Positions 25,874-38,057 of a stretch of DNA of 64,000 nt are shown here, one piece after another; positions within the stretch are counted from its first letter, which is position 1; each line of letters starts with the position of its first letter. The notes under the pieces were generated by a model, which was not told the origin of the DNA, made no database searches, and worked only from the letters and a program-made list of their open reading frames with translations. This stretch comes from Hydrolagus affinis (lineage: Eukaryota): the NCBI GenBank assembly GCA_012026655.1, contig JAAILG010000059.1, forward strand, positions 62,001 to 126,000. The letters run 5' to 3'. The position numbers were made by a program, and so were the translations under genes.

Positions 25874-26150
25874 CGGAGGCCGGGCATTCAGTTTATCCGC
25901 TCCCACCCTTTGGAACTCCATCCCCCAATCCCTCCGCCTTGTTTCCTCCCTTCCTCTTTCAAGGCCGGTTTGAAGACTTTCCTTTTCGACCGTGCCTTCT
26001 GTTCCCCCCCTAATTCTTCGACCTCCCCTACGTTTTTTACCCCCTCCCGAACACTCCCCTCCCAGCTCGGGTCACACGCCTCCTGTGCAGCGCCTTGGGA
26101 CGTCCTCCCGATGTGAAAGGCGCTCTATAAGTGCAATTTGTTGTTGTTGT
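25874..26150 (+). mobile_element. L2 3' fragment nested in a SINE tail
   Basis: SSFKAGLKTFLFDRAF plus stem-loop plus (TTG)n, splitting the SINE motif CACTTTAC|AGTATATTC with TTTAC duplicated. Confidence 0.85.
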
Positions 26151-26693
26151 TTACAGTATATTCTGCGAAGTGGTTTGAGATGTCTCGTCGACATGATAAG
26201 GCACTTTATTGAATGCAAGAATTAATTATTATTATTGAGAGGGGACAGCAAAATGGAAGTAGTACAGACAATGTGTATGCAAAATTGCAGATGCCTATTT
26301 AATGCAGAATAAAACTGCAGAACTAAGAGAATTAAACATAAAATGAACTGGCAAAAACATACGGTTAAAGGTTATCTCTCCCTCTAAGTGGTTACCAAAC
26401 CTACAGTGATCAAACTTGAGGAAAGGTATACATGGCATCTGATAATTGCTGAGCTACATGGATGAAAATGCTTCAATCATCCATAAGTTATCTTGGATTT
26501 AACAGAAATGAAGAAAATGAGAATCTCAAAGCATTACGACTCAGCAAATGTAACCAGCAATTACATACAAGACATTGGATCATTCACAAGTAACAAAGAA
26601 CAAATCAACTGCAGTCAGCTCCAATAGCTAAGGAGGAAATTATATCTCACAGGTCATCTTAATCTATTCTGTCTGAGTGCATTGGAAATCACC

Positions 26694-26960
26694 GGAGCCC
26701 TGTAGCTCAGTGGCTAGAGCACTCACCTTACAAGCGAGAAACATGGGTTCAATTCCTGGCAGGGCGAAACCGTGAGGCAAGTTTCCTTACTCCACATGCC
26801 TAATAATAATTCCTCCCCCCCAAATTTTCATTGCTCATTTCAATCCATATTTGCCCACAAATATACAGTCAATTCACTTTACAGTATATTCTGTGCAGCA
26901 GTTTGAGACGTCTAGAAGACGTGAAAAGCGCTACATCAAATGCAAGGATTATTATTATTA
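26694..26960 (+). mobile_element. tRNA/L2-tail SINE with an internal Deu deletion
   Basis: Head and tail intact; TTCAATCCA joins directly to TTTGCCCACAAAT. Confidence 0.9.
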
Positions 26961-27112
26961 ATCTGGCAAAGATTTAAGATATGGCTGGATTTGTTTTTAA
27001 TATTCTCTTCAGATATGTTTGAAGAAAATAGAGGAACATTTTATGCACCATGTGTAAACACTGGCAGAATTACAGGTCCCTTAGAATATATAATCAATAA
27101 CCTTTTTTTCAC

Positions 27113-27225
27113 CTTGATCTATTATAGAATTAAGGGCACCTTTCATTCCCTCTGTAACTATAGTGCAGATTTTTCCTTTCCTGAGAGGTGTGAAGTCAGT
27201 TCTTAATAATTTTGCGTTGTTACCT
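27113..27225 (-). CDS. Candidate internal coding exon, GNNAKLLRTDFTPLRKGKICTIVTEGMKGALNSIIDQ, 113 nt, phase 2 to 1
   Basis: Acceptor catttctctgggttcag, donor AAG|gtgaaa, open frame that joins exon 22523-22560 in phase. Confidence 0.4.
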
Positions 27226-29759
27226 CTGAACCCAGAGAAATGCTGTTCATTAGCTTTCGGCAAGGCATTAACCTTTTTTTTTTGCTTCTGTCGCACAAGG
27301 TCTATCAGTATAGAATGATGATGAGGATGGAAATATTCAAACAAGTAGTTTATATTCTACACATTACCCACTCACTTGATTTAATGGGTTGGTGATAGTT
27401 TTTAGAAGCACTTGTGACAGAACATTTAAACCACAAGTCCCGGGTTTCCGTCACATCATGAATTCTTAGAAAGACAGACCTATAATTAGTGTCCAAAGTA
27501 GAAAGGCGAAATGTGATGTGACAGTAAAATTGGGTCAGCGGAGAGCAATGGGGGTAAACTTAAAAAAAACGCTCAAGAGAAAGCTCTTCTACGGTAACAG
27601 TTTAGATGACGTTGAATAAATGAAATGCTTTTAATGCTGAAAGTTTTGATTAGCATATGAGCGAGATACACAGGGCATGTCTATGAAGGACTTTGTGATC
27701 TCCTCTTGACATGAAAAGCACTAAAAAATGTAAATTGATGTAGCCTGAGGACACATGTGTCTCTTGTTCAAGTCTAAAGATAATTGCAAGTCAATTCTTC
27801 TGGTATTTACAACAAGACACGTCCATCCTCTCTGGGAAGCAAACTGAAAAACTTGCATACGATGATAATAATCACAAATAATAAATACAACTAGCTATAC
27901 CCCCGCGAGAAGTTCATTGTTACAATTGCCTAAGGTTTTTACATACAGTACAGTATATAGAAGATAGATTTGACACAGCGCCATCCGCGTCAGGAGGACA
28001 CAAACATACCTAAGGCTTTTATATATACAGTATAGATTCTTGATAAATACAGCAGGCTAATTTATCTTACCAGAAAAATAATTGATAATAATAAATCATA
28101 ATAATCCTTGAATTTGATGTAGCATCTTAATACATTTTCGAGACGTCTCGAAGCGCTTCAAAGAATATACTGTAAAGTGAATTGACTGTATATTTTGTAG
28201 CTGAAATTAATTAAATTTCAACATGGATATTGAAAACACTAGAATCAAGTATAGCACCTTTGGTGTCAAAAAATTGATTGAAACCACCATATAATCCTTC
28301 ATTTATAAAAATGCTTGGAATTTTTAAAAATCCTATTAGAGTAAAATAAATAGTGCTGCTGATTCAAGACGACAATCAGGAATGATGATCCTTGTCAAAC
28401 GTTTCAGAGCTGCTTTATAAAATCAGTTGCGGATGATTGTGGTCATTGATCTTATTTCAGAAATATTTGGTGCTCCGTGAGAAAAAGCTGATGTAAATAG
28501 TGTCAAGGATGCACAGTTGATTCCTGATTTACTGATAAGATGAACAAAAATGCAGAAAGAGAAATGTGGTGTCCTTCTTCTGTATGGCACAGATTAGACT
28601 GTTCGCATGAATGACGAGCGAACAACATAGAAGAAGAGCCCCCTTATTTAGTGTCCATCATAGAAGCCTCGACAAGAACAGAATACAACAGTTATTTCAT
28701 CTTCAACACAGAGACAGCAAACCATTTAGATATTGATATCTGAAACAAACAGAAATTCATAGGAAGTCAATCAATCCTAATCCTCTTCTAGATGATTGAC
28801 CTATTGTGAATTTCCAGCATTTCACTTTATTTTAGATTTTAAAAGGCATTGTAGAATAGTTTATTTCTACCAAGAAAGCAATGCATCCATCCAATTGTGA
28901 AAAAAAGTCTTTGTTTCCTAGAGTTATGTCTTCAAAACATTCTGGCTCATTTGTGGACATTGCCATAAAGTTAATGGTTGAAATTGCTCTTCCGTTCAAA
29001 AGGATGATGCCAATTAAAAGTATTTAATCATTTTCAGGAAATTACCTTAAATTAATTGCAAAGTACAACAGCATGTTGATCCATAGGATGCAGTACAGGT
29101 CTCAGTAATGCTTAATAGCTGCTAAAAGCTTTAAAATGACAACGTTGAGCAGATATGTACAGCTACATCGTGCATTAGTATCCAAGCAACTCATCTAACA
29201 ATTAGTAACAAACGTATTGTACTCAGTCTGAATTTTGTCCCCTTTCATTGTTGATCCATATAGTATTTGAAACACATGAAAAGTTGTTATTGTCTGCCTG
29301 CAGTTATGTTTGCCTTTGGTCACCCTAGCAAACAAAAGGGCTGTACAGTTCACTCACTGTGGCTCATTCAACTTTTCCACTGCACCTTCCTTGCAGCCAG
29401 AATAACAGAATTCATTAAATCCACCCAAATAACAGAATTCACAACATGTTATTGAAATAATGGGATTCCAATTATGTTTAATGCTGTAAAATAACCTATG
29501 ACCATAAAACACATCAGATGCACAATTCTGGTCTGCCTCTGGGAGTGTTACTAAATGAAGCCAGCCTCAGCCAGCTTAACAGTGTGACATAATTAAAAAT
29601 ATAAACATGCAGAAAACAGTAAGACACATTGTTGGCCTGTCTAAATTTGGAAAATCTTCCAATAAATTCATGTTAAAGGGAGTTTTCCTGAACTGAAGAT
29701 TGAATGGAACAACATTTTATTCTGTACAGATGCCTGAGTAACTATCAATGCAATCTAGG

Positions 29760-29789
29760 TGATATATATATCAGCTGATATATATATCA
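29760..29789. repeat. Perfect 30-bp palindrome made of two palindromic 14-mers
   Basis: TGATATATATATCA-GC-TGATATATATATCA. Confidence 0.9.
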
Positions 29790-32454
29790 GCTAGGTTATA
29801 AATAATAAAAAATAATCTTAGATCAGCGCTCAGATCAATTCATTTTGGGTTGTTTTATATCTATTTGTTGGAAATTGTAACAGAATACAATATTGTTACA
29901 TAAGGTGACACTTATATCATCTTTGGAGCATTTCTCAATTGCGTTTTACAAATGTAACATTTTGGTTTTTAATTTCTTAATGCTCAATTTTCCTACTCAT
30001 TTTAAACTCCATTTGGCATTCGTGTATTCTTATGTTATGCAAATCTTTAAAACCCAAATATATAATTATTACGTAAATGGAACATCTTAAGACATTTTTA
30101 TGACTTAACTAATTCTTGAATTATGACATTGTCGAAATCTCTCAAAGCACATCACAGGATTTAGGGTAAAGTGTGGCCACTATATATACAGTATATATGC
30201 AGGCAAACTCTTCCATCTGTTCAAATTCCTCATTCCTGACTTTGGCTGTCACCATCAGTCAATCCTTCAATCATCGCATAGTATTCCCCAAATTCATCGT
30301 TACTTCTGCTCTGCAATTGGCAAAAGAAGTTATTTTTTGCAGTATTGGCTGATTCCCCACGGATTTTTTTACAGGTATCTGAAAGTGTACCGTTCCGTTG
30401 CAATGATCTACTTAACGCCCAGACTGTGAACTAATGAAAATGAACCAACGTAACCTGGCAAGTTGGGAGGTCAGTGGAATTTACAACTTTTAATTTGGAA
30501 GTTGGAGGTTTTTTACTACCACCCGGGTATCATCTATTATCAATGGCTTGCTGGAAATTATCCAAATTGTGTTTCCAACCTGAATTTTGTATGAGTCACG
30601 CTGAACTTTGGTCAACTTTCATTTCTGCATATTTTGAACACGATGTGCAATCGTATCTCTTTTTAAATAAAATCTCCTCTGAAATATCAATGCTCTGAAA
30701 AATATTCCTCAGAATACTGCTATGCTTATTGCATTTTCATGGTACTTTATCAATATTGTTTCTATGTTTTATTCTGTTACACCTGAAAAAAATGTCCTAG
30801 TGTTTTCACTATTGCATATTGTGCAGATTTGGTACCTTGTAATTCCACTACGGACCGTTCAATGTACAAATCAGAGAACAATGAATGGCAATGAAACTGC
30901 TATAATCTATTGGGAGTTTAGGAACTGTTACAGGGAAACAAACAGGGTTATCATTTTGGACACTTGTGGAAAGCATTACTGGTTCCAAGATTGAGTGCAT
31001 TCTCAGCACTTAAACAATCTATTCTGAGGTGGTTATCTACTGTTTACCAGTAAATTCACATCCGCAAATCAATAACTTATTTAGTGCTACAGTGAACATC
31101 AACAGAGCATAGTTTGTTCTTCTCACCCTTTTCCTCCCATTTCCTCCTATGTTTTGACTCCCGATCTTTCCCATTGCCATGAATCCATGGGTATCGAACT
31201 TTGTCTAGTTCAACCAAACAATAATTATTCATGAATGTGCTAACTGTTGGCAGGTATCACAGGAGAAGTAACATCCCTCCCTGCAATTTGGCCACATATT
31301 ATGGTGCACAGAGATTCATCCCTAAGGCAAAAGACACCAGTGAGTCTGGAGCTATGCAAAAAAGCACTTTATATATACACCTTATATTATATGATTAAAG
31401 CATATTATCTGCCATGCTTTATTTGCCCACCATTAGATCTGTGGACTACAAACAATTGACTTCCAGGACATCAGAAAGACACATCTCACAAGTACACAAA
31501 TATAAGCCGTCATTACGTACATTGATGGAACAAGGATAGGACCCACCATGATTCATTCTGTAAAATCATACAATCACTCATTCTACAGTAAGCTTTGCAT
31601 CCCTCATGATATACCCCTCATGTTCCATTCCAGCCTCACACTGAACTCCCACTCGACGCTCTGGTCCAGGTAACCTGGCATCTTAGATCCTTCTTGAAAC
31701 GAATAGGAAGCCATAATGGATGTGGAAAGGGTTACAACTCATCCTCAGTAACTTGTCAATAATAATAGTAGGAGTCAGGAACCCTAGGCGATTTGTCCCT
31801 AGCTCCCTTACCCTGTTTACTGAAACCAATTGTATATCCTCCAGCAAAACGCAAGCTGAGATCAGTGCAAAGCAGGGATCAAGCTGGAGAATTTCAGACA
31901 GGCACTGGAACCAACTTGCTGACCCAATAGGGAAAAGTTTCCACTTGATATTCAACACAATGTCTAACCTCGGCTCCAACTGAACAGCAAGTTGCACAAA
32001 AGATCTTAAACCAATTATTTCCATATACCGCTGTGGTCTGACATTAAAAACCACGCATTGAGTTCTTTATTTTATTTTCCCGATAATAGCTCAGAATCGT
32101 GCATTTATTATTTACATCCTGGATAAACAGTAATTGCCATGGCTTCTTGAATAATTGAGTTTCGGTAAGCTTATTTATCGATTTAAACTTTTCACCCCAC
32201 CTAGCCACGCAGCCATTCTGCACTAAGATGTACTAAGATGGTTATGCATAATCACATATGATCTCCATGGTCAAATAGGTTAGTATAAAATTGAATTCAA
32301 TGAGGATAGAGCAATCAATTATTTTAAAAAAATACGTGACACTGGGCAATCCAATGCTTTACAACCTTTGACGCTTGACATCTGAGAGGTAGATTCACAT
32401 CCAGCCTTGGGATGGTTAAAGGTCTTTTGTGATTTTTAAGGGGCCCAATTAGAA

Positions 32455-32690
32455 CAAACAACAAACAAGCAAAATTACTTTTATATAGCGCCTTTGACGT
32501 CAGGAGGACTTCCCAAGGCGCTGAAGGAGTAAACATAATAATAATAATAATAATCCTTGCATTTGATTTTGTACCTTTTGTAATGTCTCAAATAACTTCA
32601 CAGGATTTCACTGTAAAGTGATTGTGTATTTTGTACGCAACACAGAAGCCACCCAGCACACAGCAATGTTTCACAAACATTTGACTTGTT
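32455..32690 (-). mobile_element. L2 tail followed by a SINE 3' half
   Basis: (CAAA)n plus L2 stem-loop at 32455-32525; (AAT)n plus SINE tail and Deu remnant at 32536-32690. Confidence 0.75.
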
Positions 32691-33000
32691 GTCCTAAGGA
32701 GAGAATCCGAATATTGGCATTGAAGAGCGATGATAGTATTGGAGCACACTATAAATTGGTAGGATAGTTTGGACATGCGGTTCCCACAAAGTGTTCAATC
32801 TCGGAAGACAAACGATAAGTAGTTATATGTGGTTATAGAATTCATCTCCCTGGCTTTCATTATCTGACAAAGTACAACTAGAAATGATGTGTTCAGCTTC
32901 AATATTCCTTACATCTACTTTGGCTTATAAGCTAATTGTCAAGAGGTAGGTAACAGAACTTGATACACGTCTAGCACACACTTGATTACCTAAAATTAAA

Positions 33001-33110
33001 AATAATAATAATAATAATCCTTGCATTTAATATAGTGCTTTTCAAGTCTTCTAGACGTCTCAAAGCGCTTCACAGAATATACTGTAAAGTGAATCGACTG
33101 TATATTTGTG
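33001..33110 (-). mobile_element. SINE 3' tail
   Basis: (AAT)n CCTTGCATTT...CTAGACGTCTCAAAGCGCTTCACAGAATATACTGTAAAGTG. Confidence 0.85.
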
Positions 33111-34277
33111 AGCTTATTCTGAGCATTAGACATGGGATTGTAAGAGAGAGGGAGTGAAGTGAGTTGCAAACTGCTTACACATTTTTGTAAAAGTAACAGA
33201 GTGTTACACAAAAGTCCTAGTATAACTATCAAAGAGCTGTTCGCCCAACTGGGAGCTCATGTCCTTTAAGGTTCAGGTAAAGTTGCAGGTTGAGTATTGC
33301 CTTTTGATGAATCCACACTCTGTTTGCACAGGAGAGATGTGGATGCCATCACAGAACCATATACTGTATATGTACAGTACGCCAATATAAATATATAAAT
33401 ACTGTGTATCAAACAATTCATTGGGAAGAGATTGTCCTCAATTAAATAAAAGCATTGATCCGATCACCTAATAGCTGCACATTGACCTGGTTTTCTGATA
33501 GCTAATTCTAATACATTCCGAAGATGTGTCCACAATTAAGAGTTAATTGGCTTTTCAAATTCCTGTTGGCCATTAAGGTCCTCGTTTATATTGTTAGAAG
33601 GTTAATTAGAATGACATTCAAAATGTTAAGTTATGGAGCCTTCTCTGATTTGGAATTCAAAAATAGCTCGCTTGTTCATTGCACTCTTTATCATTATTAC
33701 CCTTTGGAAAATAATCCTTTAGTTTAAAGTTCAGGATTGCATTATCGATTGAAGAACCAGATAAGATTTAAATTAATGAGAACGCTCCAACTTTTTGGAT
33801 TAAAGGGAGCTAAACGGGACTGGCAGGAATGCCGGACACTGTAGAATGTGCAGATTCTTATAAAGATAATTTGATAAATCGGTTTCAGTGTTCGAAAATT
33901 CATTGTCCAGAAGACAACTATGGCGTTGATTGGATCAATATCACAACTGATGCCCTCGGAATCAACACACTATCGCATGTACATGCTGAACAAGCTTCAA
34001 GAATGCTCAACGGGTGCTGATGTGAGTGGGCTAATTGCTTTGTGAATTTTTTTTAAAGAAATCTTCCAAAGAATGAGGGGAGGTTGGGGTAAGACAGAGG
34101 AAGGAACGTTTGTTGCTCTTGTGATGCCAGTAAGCACGTTACCCTTTAAAGTTCTAAAAATTTAGAATTATAGTATTCTAAGTTTGAAGAACAGCAGTCA
34201 AATGATGCTTCAGTGAACGATAACGCTTAAGGTCACTCCTGGAATAAACAGGAGAGAAAGGAACAGGAGGATATTGT

Positions 34278-34555
34278 GGAGTCCTGTATCTCAGTGGTTA
34301 GAGCGCTCGCCTTACAAGCTTGAGACCTGTGTTCGAATCCAGGCAGGTCAGGGCCAAACCTCGGGCAATTTTCCTTACTCCACATGCCTGACAATAATCC
34401 CTCAAAAAAAAACACCGCTGTGCACAATTGGCTGCCACGTTTCACCCACAAATATACAGTCAATTCATGTTACAGTATATTCTGTGAAGCGCTTCAAAAC
34501 ATCTAGAGGACGTGAAAAGCGCTATTATATCAAATGCAAAAATTATTATTATTAT
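34278..34555 (+). mobile_element. tRNA/Deu/L2-tail SINE, head type B
   Basis: GGAGTCCTGTATCTCAGTGGTTAGAGCGCTCGCCTTACAAGCTTGAGACCTGTGTTCGAATCC. Confidence 0.9.
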
Positions 34556-34749
34556 TTTCTGTGTAAAATAGAATGCATTTTATTTAGTACAAAGCGAGTT
34601 TACTGAATGTAAAACTTTTGGGGGCCAATTGGTTTTGGAAAGTTGAGGATGATGCCATCTGCTGGATACAGTGGCACATTCCATTTCCACTCAAACCCTC
34701 ACTGTTCATGTTCATGTCAACTACTTTGCATTGACAACAAATTATGAGC

Positions 34750-34905
34750 CCCTAGGTCTGGAGTTGCAAAGGGGTCATTTCAACACAAACGCCAGGAAGT
34801 ATTTCGTTATTGACAGGATAATTAACAACTGGAAAGGGATATCAGGAAGGGTGTTTGAGGACGGGCATACGCTCGAGTCATTTAAGAAATAACTTGATGC
34901 TGTAA
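34750..34905 (+). mobile_element. CR1 LINE 3' end
   Basis: LELQRGHFNTNARKYFVIDRIINNWKGISGRVFEDGHTLESFKK*LDA. Confidence 0.8.
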
Positions 34906-37149
34906 TCCGACAGTGAGATCAAATGGACTGAAGTATCGTCATCCAAACCTCTTGGGGGTATTTGGAGCTGTCATATCCTGATCTCCAAAGATGCAGAGCG
35001 ATCAGTCCTCATCTGATAGATGTTCGATTTCTTGCCATGGGCATTATCCCCCTCCCTCCCCCCCATATATATTGCTTCCATGATCTTTTCTCCTGTTTCT
35101 TCAAAGCTCGATATATATTGTCCCACAAACATTTCCTCCTCAATGGTTCCAGCCCATTTTGTAATTAAATATTAATATAATTGCTTCCAACATCAGCTCA
35201 TTTTTTGACAGAATGTCAGGATAACTGGAACTGTAATTTGTCGTTGAATACTGGTTTTTAGAACTCAACCTCAACCTTGCCTTATATTTCCTCTTCAAAA
35301 CTATTCAACTACTTTGAATGTATCCTGTGCTTTGTGCTTTGATCTTTTAACTCGGTTTTACTGTCAAAAAAATTTCGATATCAAAATGTATCTATCCATT
35401 GAAGGATAATTATTTATATCAATGCGATTTGGAATCACTTAAGAAACATATTCACCCTGGGATTATATTCCACGCACAGGAGTTTAAATCAACTACAGAA
35501 TACTGATATTTCCAGCTTCAAAGTTCTCTCTTGGTGGAAAAATTTAATTATTCAAACTCTTTTGCAAGGTACGACTGACCAAATCCAAAACATTACAGGT
35601 ACAGATAATTGTAAGTGAATAAGCTTGGAGCAGTGATATAGTTGTGAATTTTTTTTGCAGAGAGCAAAAAAATGTCATGGAATATCAAGGCTTTCATCAA
35701 GTTGTATAAATTCACCAGAATTATAAAGTTATGGGAATATTGCTTTTTTTTGATGCTTTGGAAACACAAACTGTAAGTCATAAGAATAAATCACACAATT
35801 TCCTGCAAATTATATCCCCAACTCATTAGAGAAAAGCAGTTTGGAAGAAATTTTGCTCAAGAGAAAACTGGTGGTTTTCAATAAAGAAATTAGATGTGGG
35901 ATTTACGTCCTTTAACCCTCAATATAATGAAAATGCGAAGGAAAGAGAAATGTTTGCTTAGTTCTGCTTCAGACTGACAATAAGAGAGAGAGGCGTATGG
36001 TTATTAGGCAAGCTCCTATAGAGGAGGGAATCCATTTTATTCTCTGCTATCTACTTTTAAAATGGAAATTTAATTATTAATCCAACGGAGACCCCAAATA
36101 ATTCTAGAGTTTGAAGACAACCCTTCACGCGAGCCAAATATGACCCCGTCTGGAGACTTGGAAGGAAGATAAGTTGCCATTATGAAAGGCAAAGAGAGAT
36201 TAGGGAGATTGAAGATGGCATAGCTCATTTACTGGAGTAGGTAGCCTGTGGTATTGATGGATTTCCTGCTGGCTGTAGAGAATAATTTAGACCTTCTACT
36301 CCAAAAAAGGCTCAGTTTAAAATGAACTGTCTTGAATACATCAGCTGCTTGTGTGTTAGTAACATAAAATGTTTAATACTCAAAAAAGGGCTGTGTCTCA
36401 TGCAAATAAAATGGTGTCCTGACTAAGTAATACTGTGAGCAGATTTTAATTCAATTCTTTGACCCGATCAGTTTGATAACCGGAATATATTTCCAATATT
36501 TTTCTAAATTCTCAACACAATATCTGCGTTCTCTTCAGCCCCATTAAGACTTTGATCAAGTTGTGGAGTGAGTCATCTCTGCTCCCTCCGTGCTTTCAGT
36601 TTCAAAGAATTGAATGTGACATAAATTACAATTTAAACTTGGGAGTTGTCCTCTACAAGGACATAGGTCACACATTATACAATCTTTTCACATTCTCTCC
36701 CCCGGTAAGAAACAGCAAACTCAATAGCATTGAGCGTTCAGTTTCCCTGACTGGTGATCTGTTCTCACATGTCAATCAAGTTGTTGGGAACATTGTTCTT
36801 ATACCATGAGAAAGGATCATCATTACAAACTTGCTTTAGGATGCTCAAGGCATCCTGTCTGGGACAGTCTCTTGTGTTTAATCTCGAGTAGAAGGTCAAA
36901 CATGCAGAAGTTCAGTCTCAGATCTATTCCATATCCCAACAGCACAAGGTTGAAAAGAGAAGCAGTAAAAAACAGATTCATTCCGAAAGAACATCCTTAG
37001 TTGATGCCAAGCTCGGGGTTCTGAAAGCCTACATATTGTGGGAGGACAGGATGGAGGGTGTCACTACCTTGAAATCCAGCAAAATAAAGAGAAAATAAAA
37101 TAAACAAGGGTGCAGAGTGATACACTTGCAACAATTAGAAGTAGAAACA

Positions 37150-37635
37150 AATCAATCAATCAATCAAAACTTACATTTATATAGCACCTTTTACATCGAG
37201 AGGACATCCCAAGGCGCTGTACTGTTAGGTAAAGATAAGAGCAGGGTGGGAGGGATTGGGGCAGGATGAAGAAGGGTAGGAAAATTGACTGTATGTTTGT
37301 GGGTGAAACGCGGCAGCCAAATTGCGCACAGCAGTGTCCCACAAAGAGTCGCGGAAATGGGGCCAGGGAAGAAAGGGGGAAAAGAGGATAAGGGGGGAGA
37401 GGGAGAGAAAGGTGGGGTGGGGTAAGGTCAGGGAGGAAGAGGGGGGAGAAAGGGGGGGAAGGGAGAGAGGGAGGGAAAGGTGGGTGGGGGAGATCAGGGA
37501 GAAAGGGGGGTAAGAGGGAAGAGGCAGGGAAGGGGAAAAGTGGGGAGAGAATGTGGGGAAAGGGAGTGAGGGAAGAAGAGGTATGGGGGAGGGAGGCCAG
37601 GGGGCAAGGAGGGTGGGGGGGGTGGGGGGGGGAGA
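37150..37635 (-). mobile_element. L2-like 3'UTR (long pyrimidine tract, Deu segment, L2 stem-loop, (GATT)n tail)
   Basis: Minus strand: C/T-rich tract, CTCTTTGTGGGACACTGCTGTGCGCAATTTGGCTGCCGCGTTTC, C/T tract, CAGCGCCTTGGGATGTCCTCTCGATGTAAAAGGTGC, then GATTGATTGATT. Confidence 0.75.
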
Positions 37636-37639
37636 TCAA

Positions 37640-37717
37640 ACAACAATATTAAACAACAAAATTCAACAACAATAAACAACAAAATCAATAATATTAACAA
37701 CAACAACAGACAACAAT
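37640..37717. repeat. Degenerate (CAA)n microsatellite
   Basis: Repeated AACAAC units. Confidence 0.85.
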
Positions 37718-37811
37718 CGTCCAGCAACCGCTTCTTGTCCTCGCCGCCCGCCTGGACGATCTTTAAAATGGTGGGAATCAGGGAAACAGGCCCCCAAAAC
37801 CGACCGGCTCT

Positions 37812-38057
37812 TCAGTTGGTGCACCCGGTGACTTGGTGATGGCCCTGGTACCCTGGACATGGCGTGTCTGGCAGGCTCGCGCAGCAGCAGCAGCAGCAGC
37901 AGCCCGATCGCCGTCTGGATCTCCCGCGACGAGACGATCCGTCGCTTGCAACACCTGATTCAAGGCAAAAGGCCTCGCCGGGGAACCGCCCGAAGACGTC
38001 GCTGTCGAGCGAGTTCACCTCGCCCGTGGCCAATGGCGAGAAAAATCAGATGGAAAG
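37812..38057 (-). pseudogene. H2B-like: Highly divergent, frameshifted histone H2B-like sequence (histone fold and C-terminal helix)
   Basis: Across three frameshifts it reads FSPLATGEVNSLDSDVFGRFPGEAFCL / IRCCKRRIVSSREIQTAIGLLLLLLLREPARHAMS / GTRAITK / TGCTN*. Canonical H2B reads [67 protein letters not shown] YTSSK*. The region is GC- and CpG-rich. Confidence 0.88.

Noticed and set aside
36600-36704. Plus-strand 105-nt open exon-like segment (FQRIECDINYNLNLG...FSPP|gtaaga)
   Set aside because: Isolated, with no partner exons or recognisable homology; expected by chance in 64 kb.
37160-37639. 159-aa proline-rich ORF
   Set aside because: Low-complexity C/T tract of a retroelement 3'UTR.
37803-37816. 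GGCTCTTCAG / AGAGCC resembling the histone 3' stem-loop
   Set aside because: Only half the stem is present, and it overlaps the stop codon.
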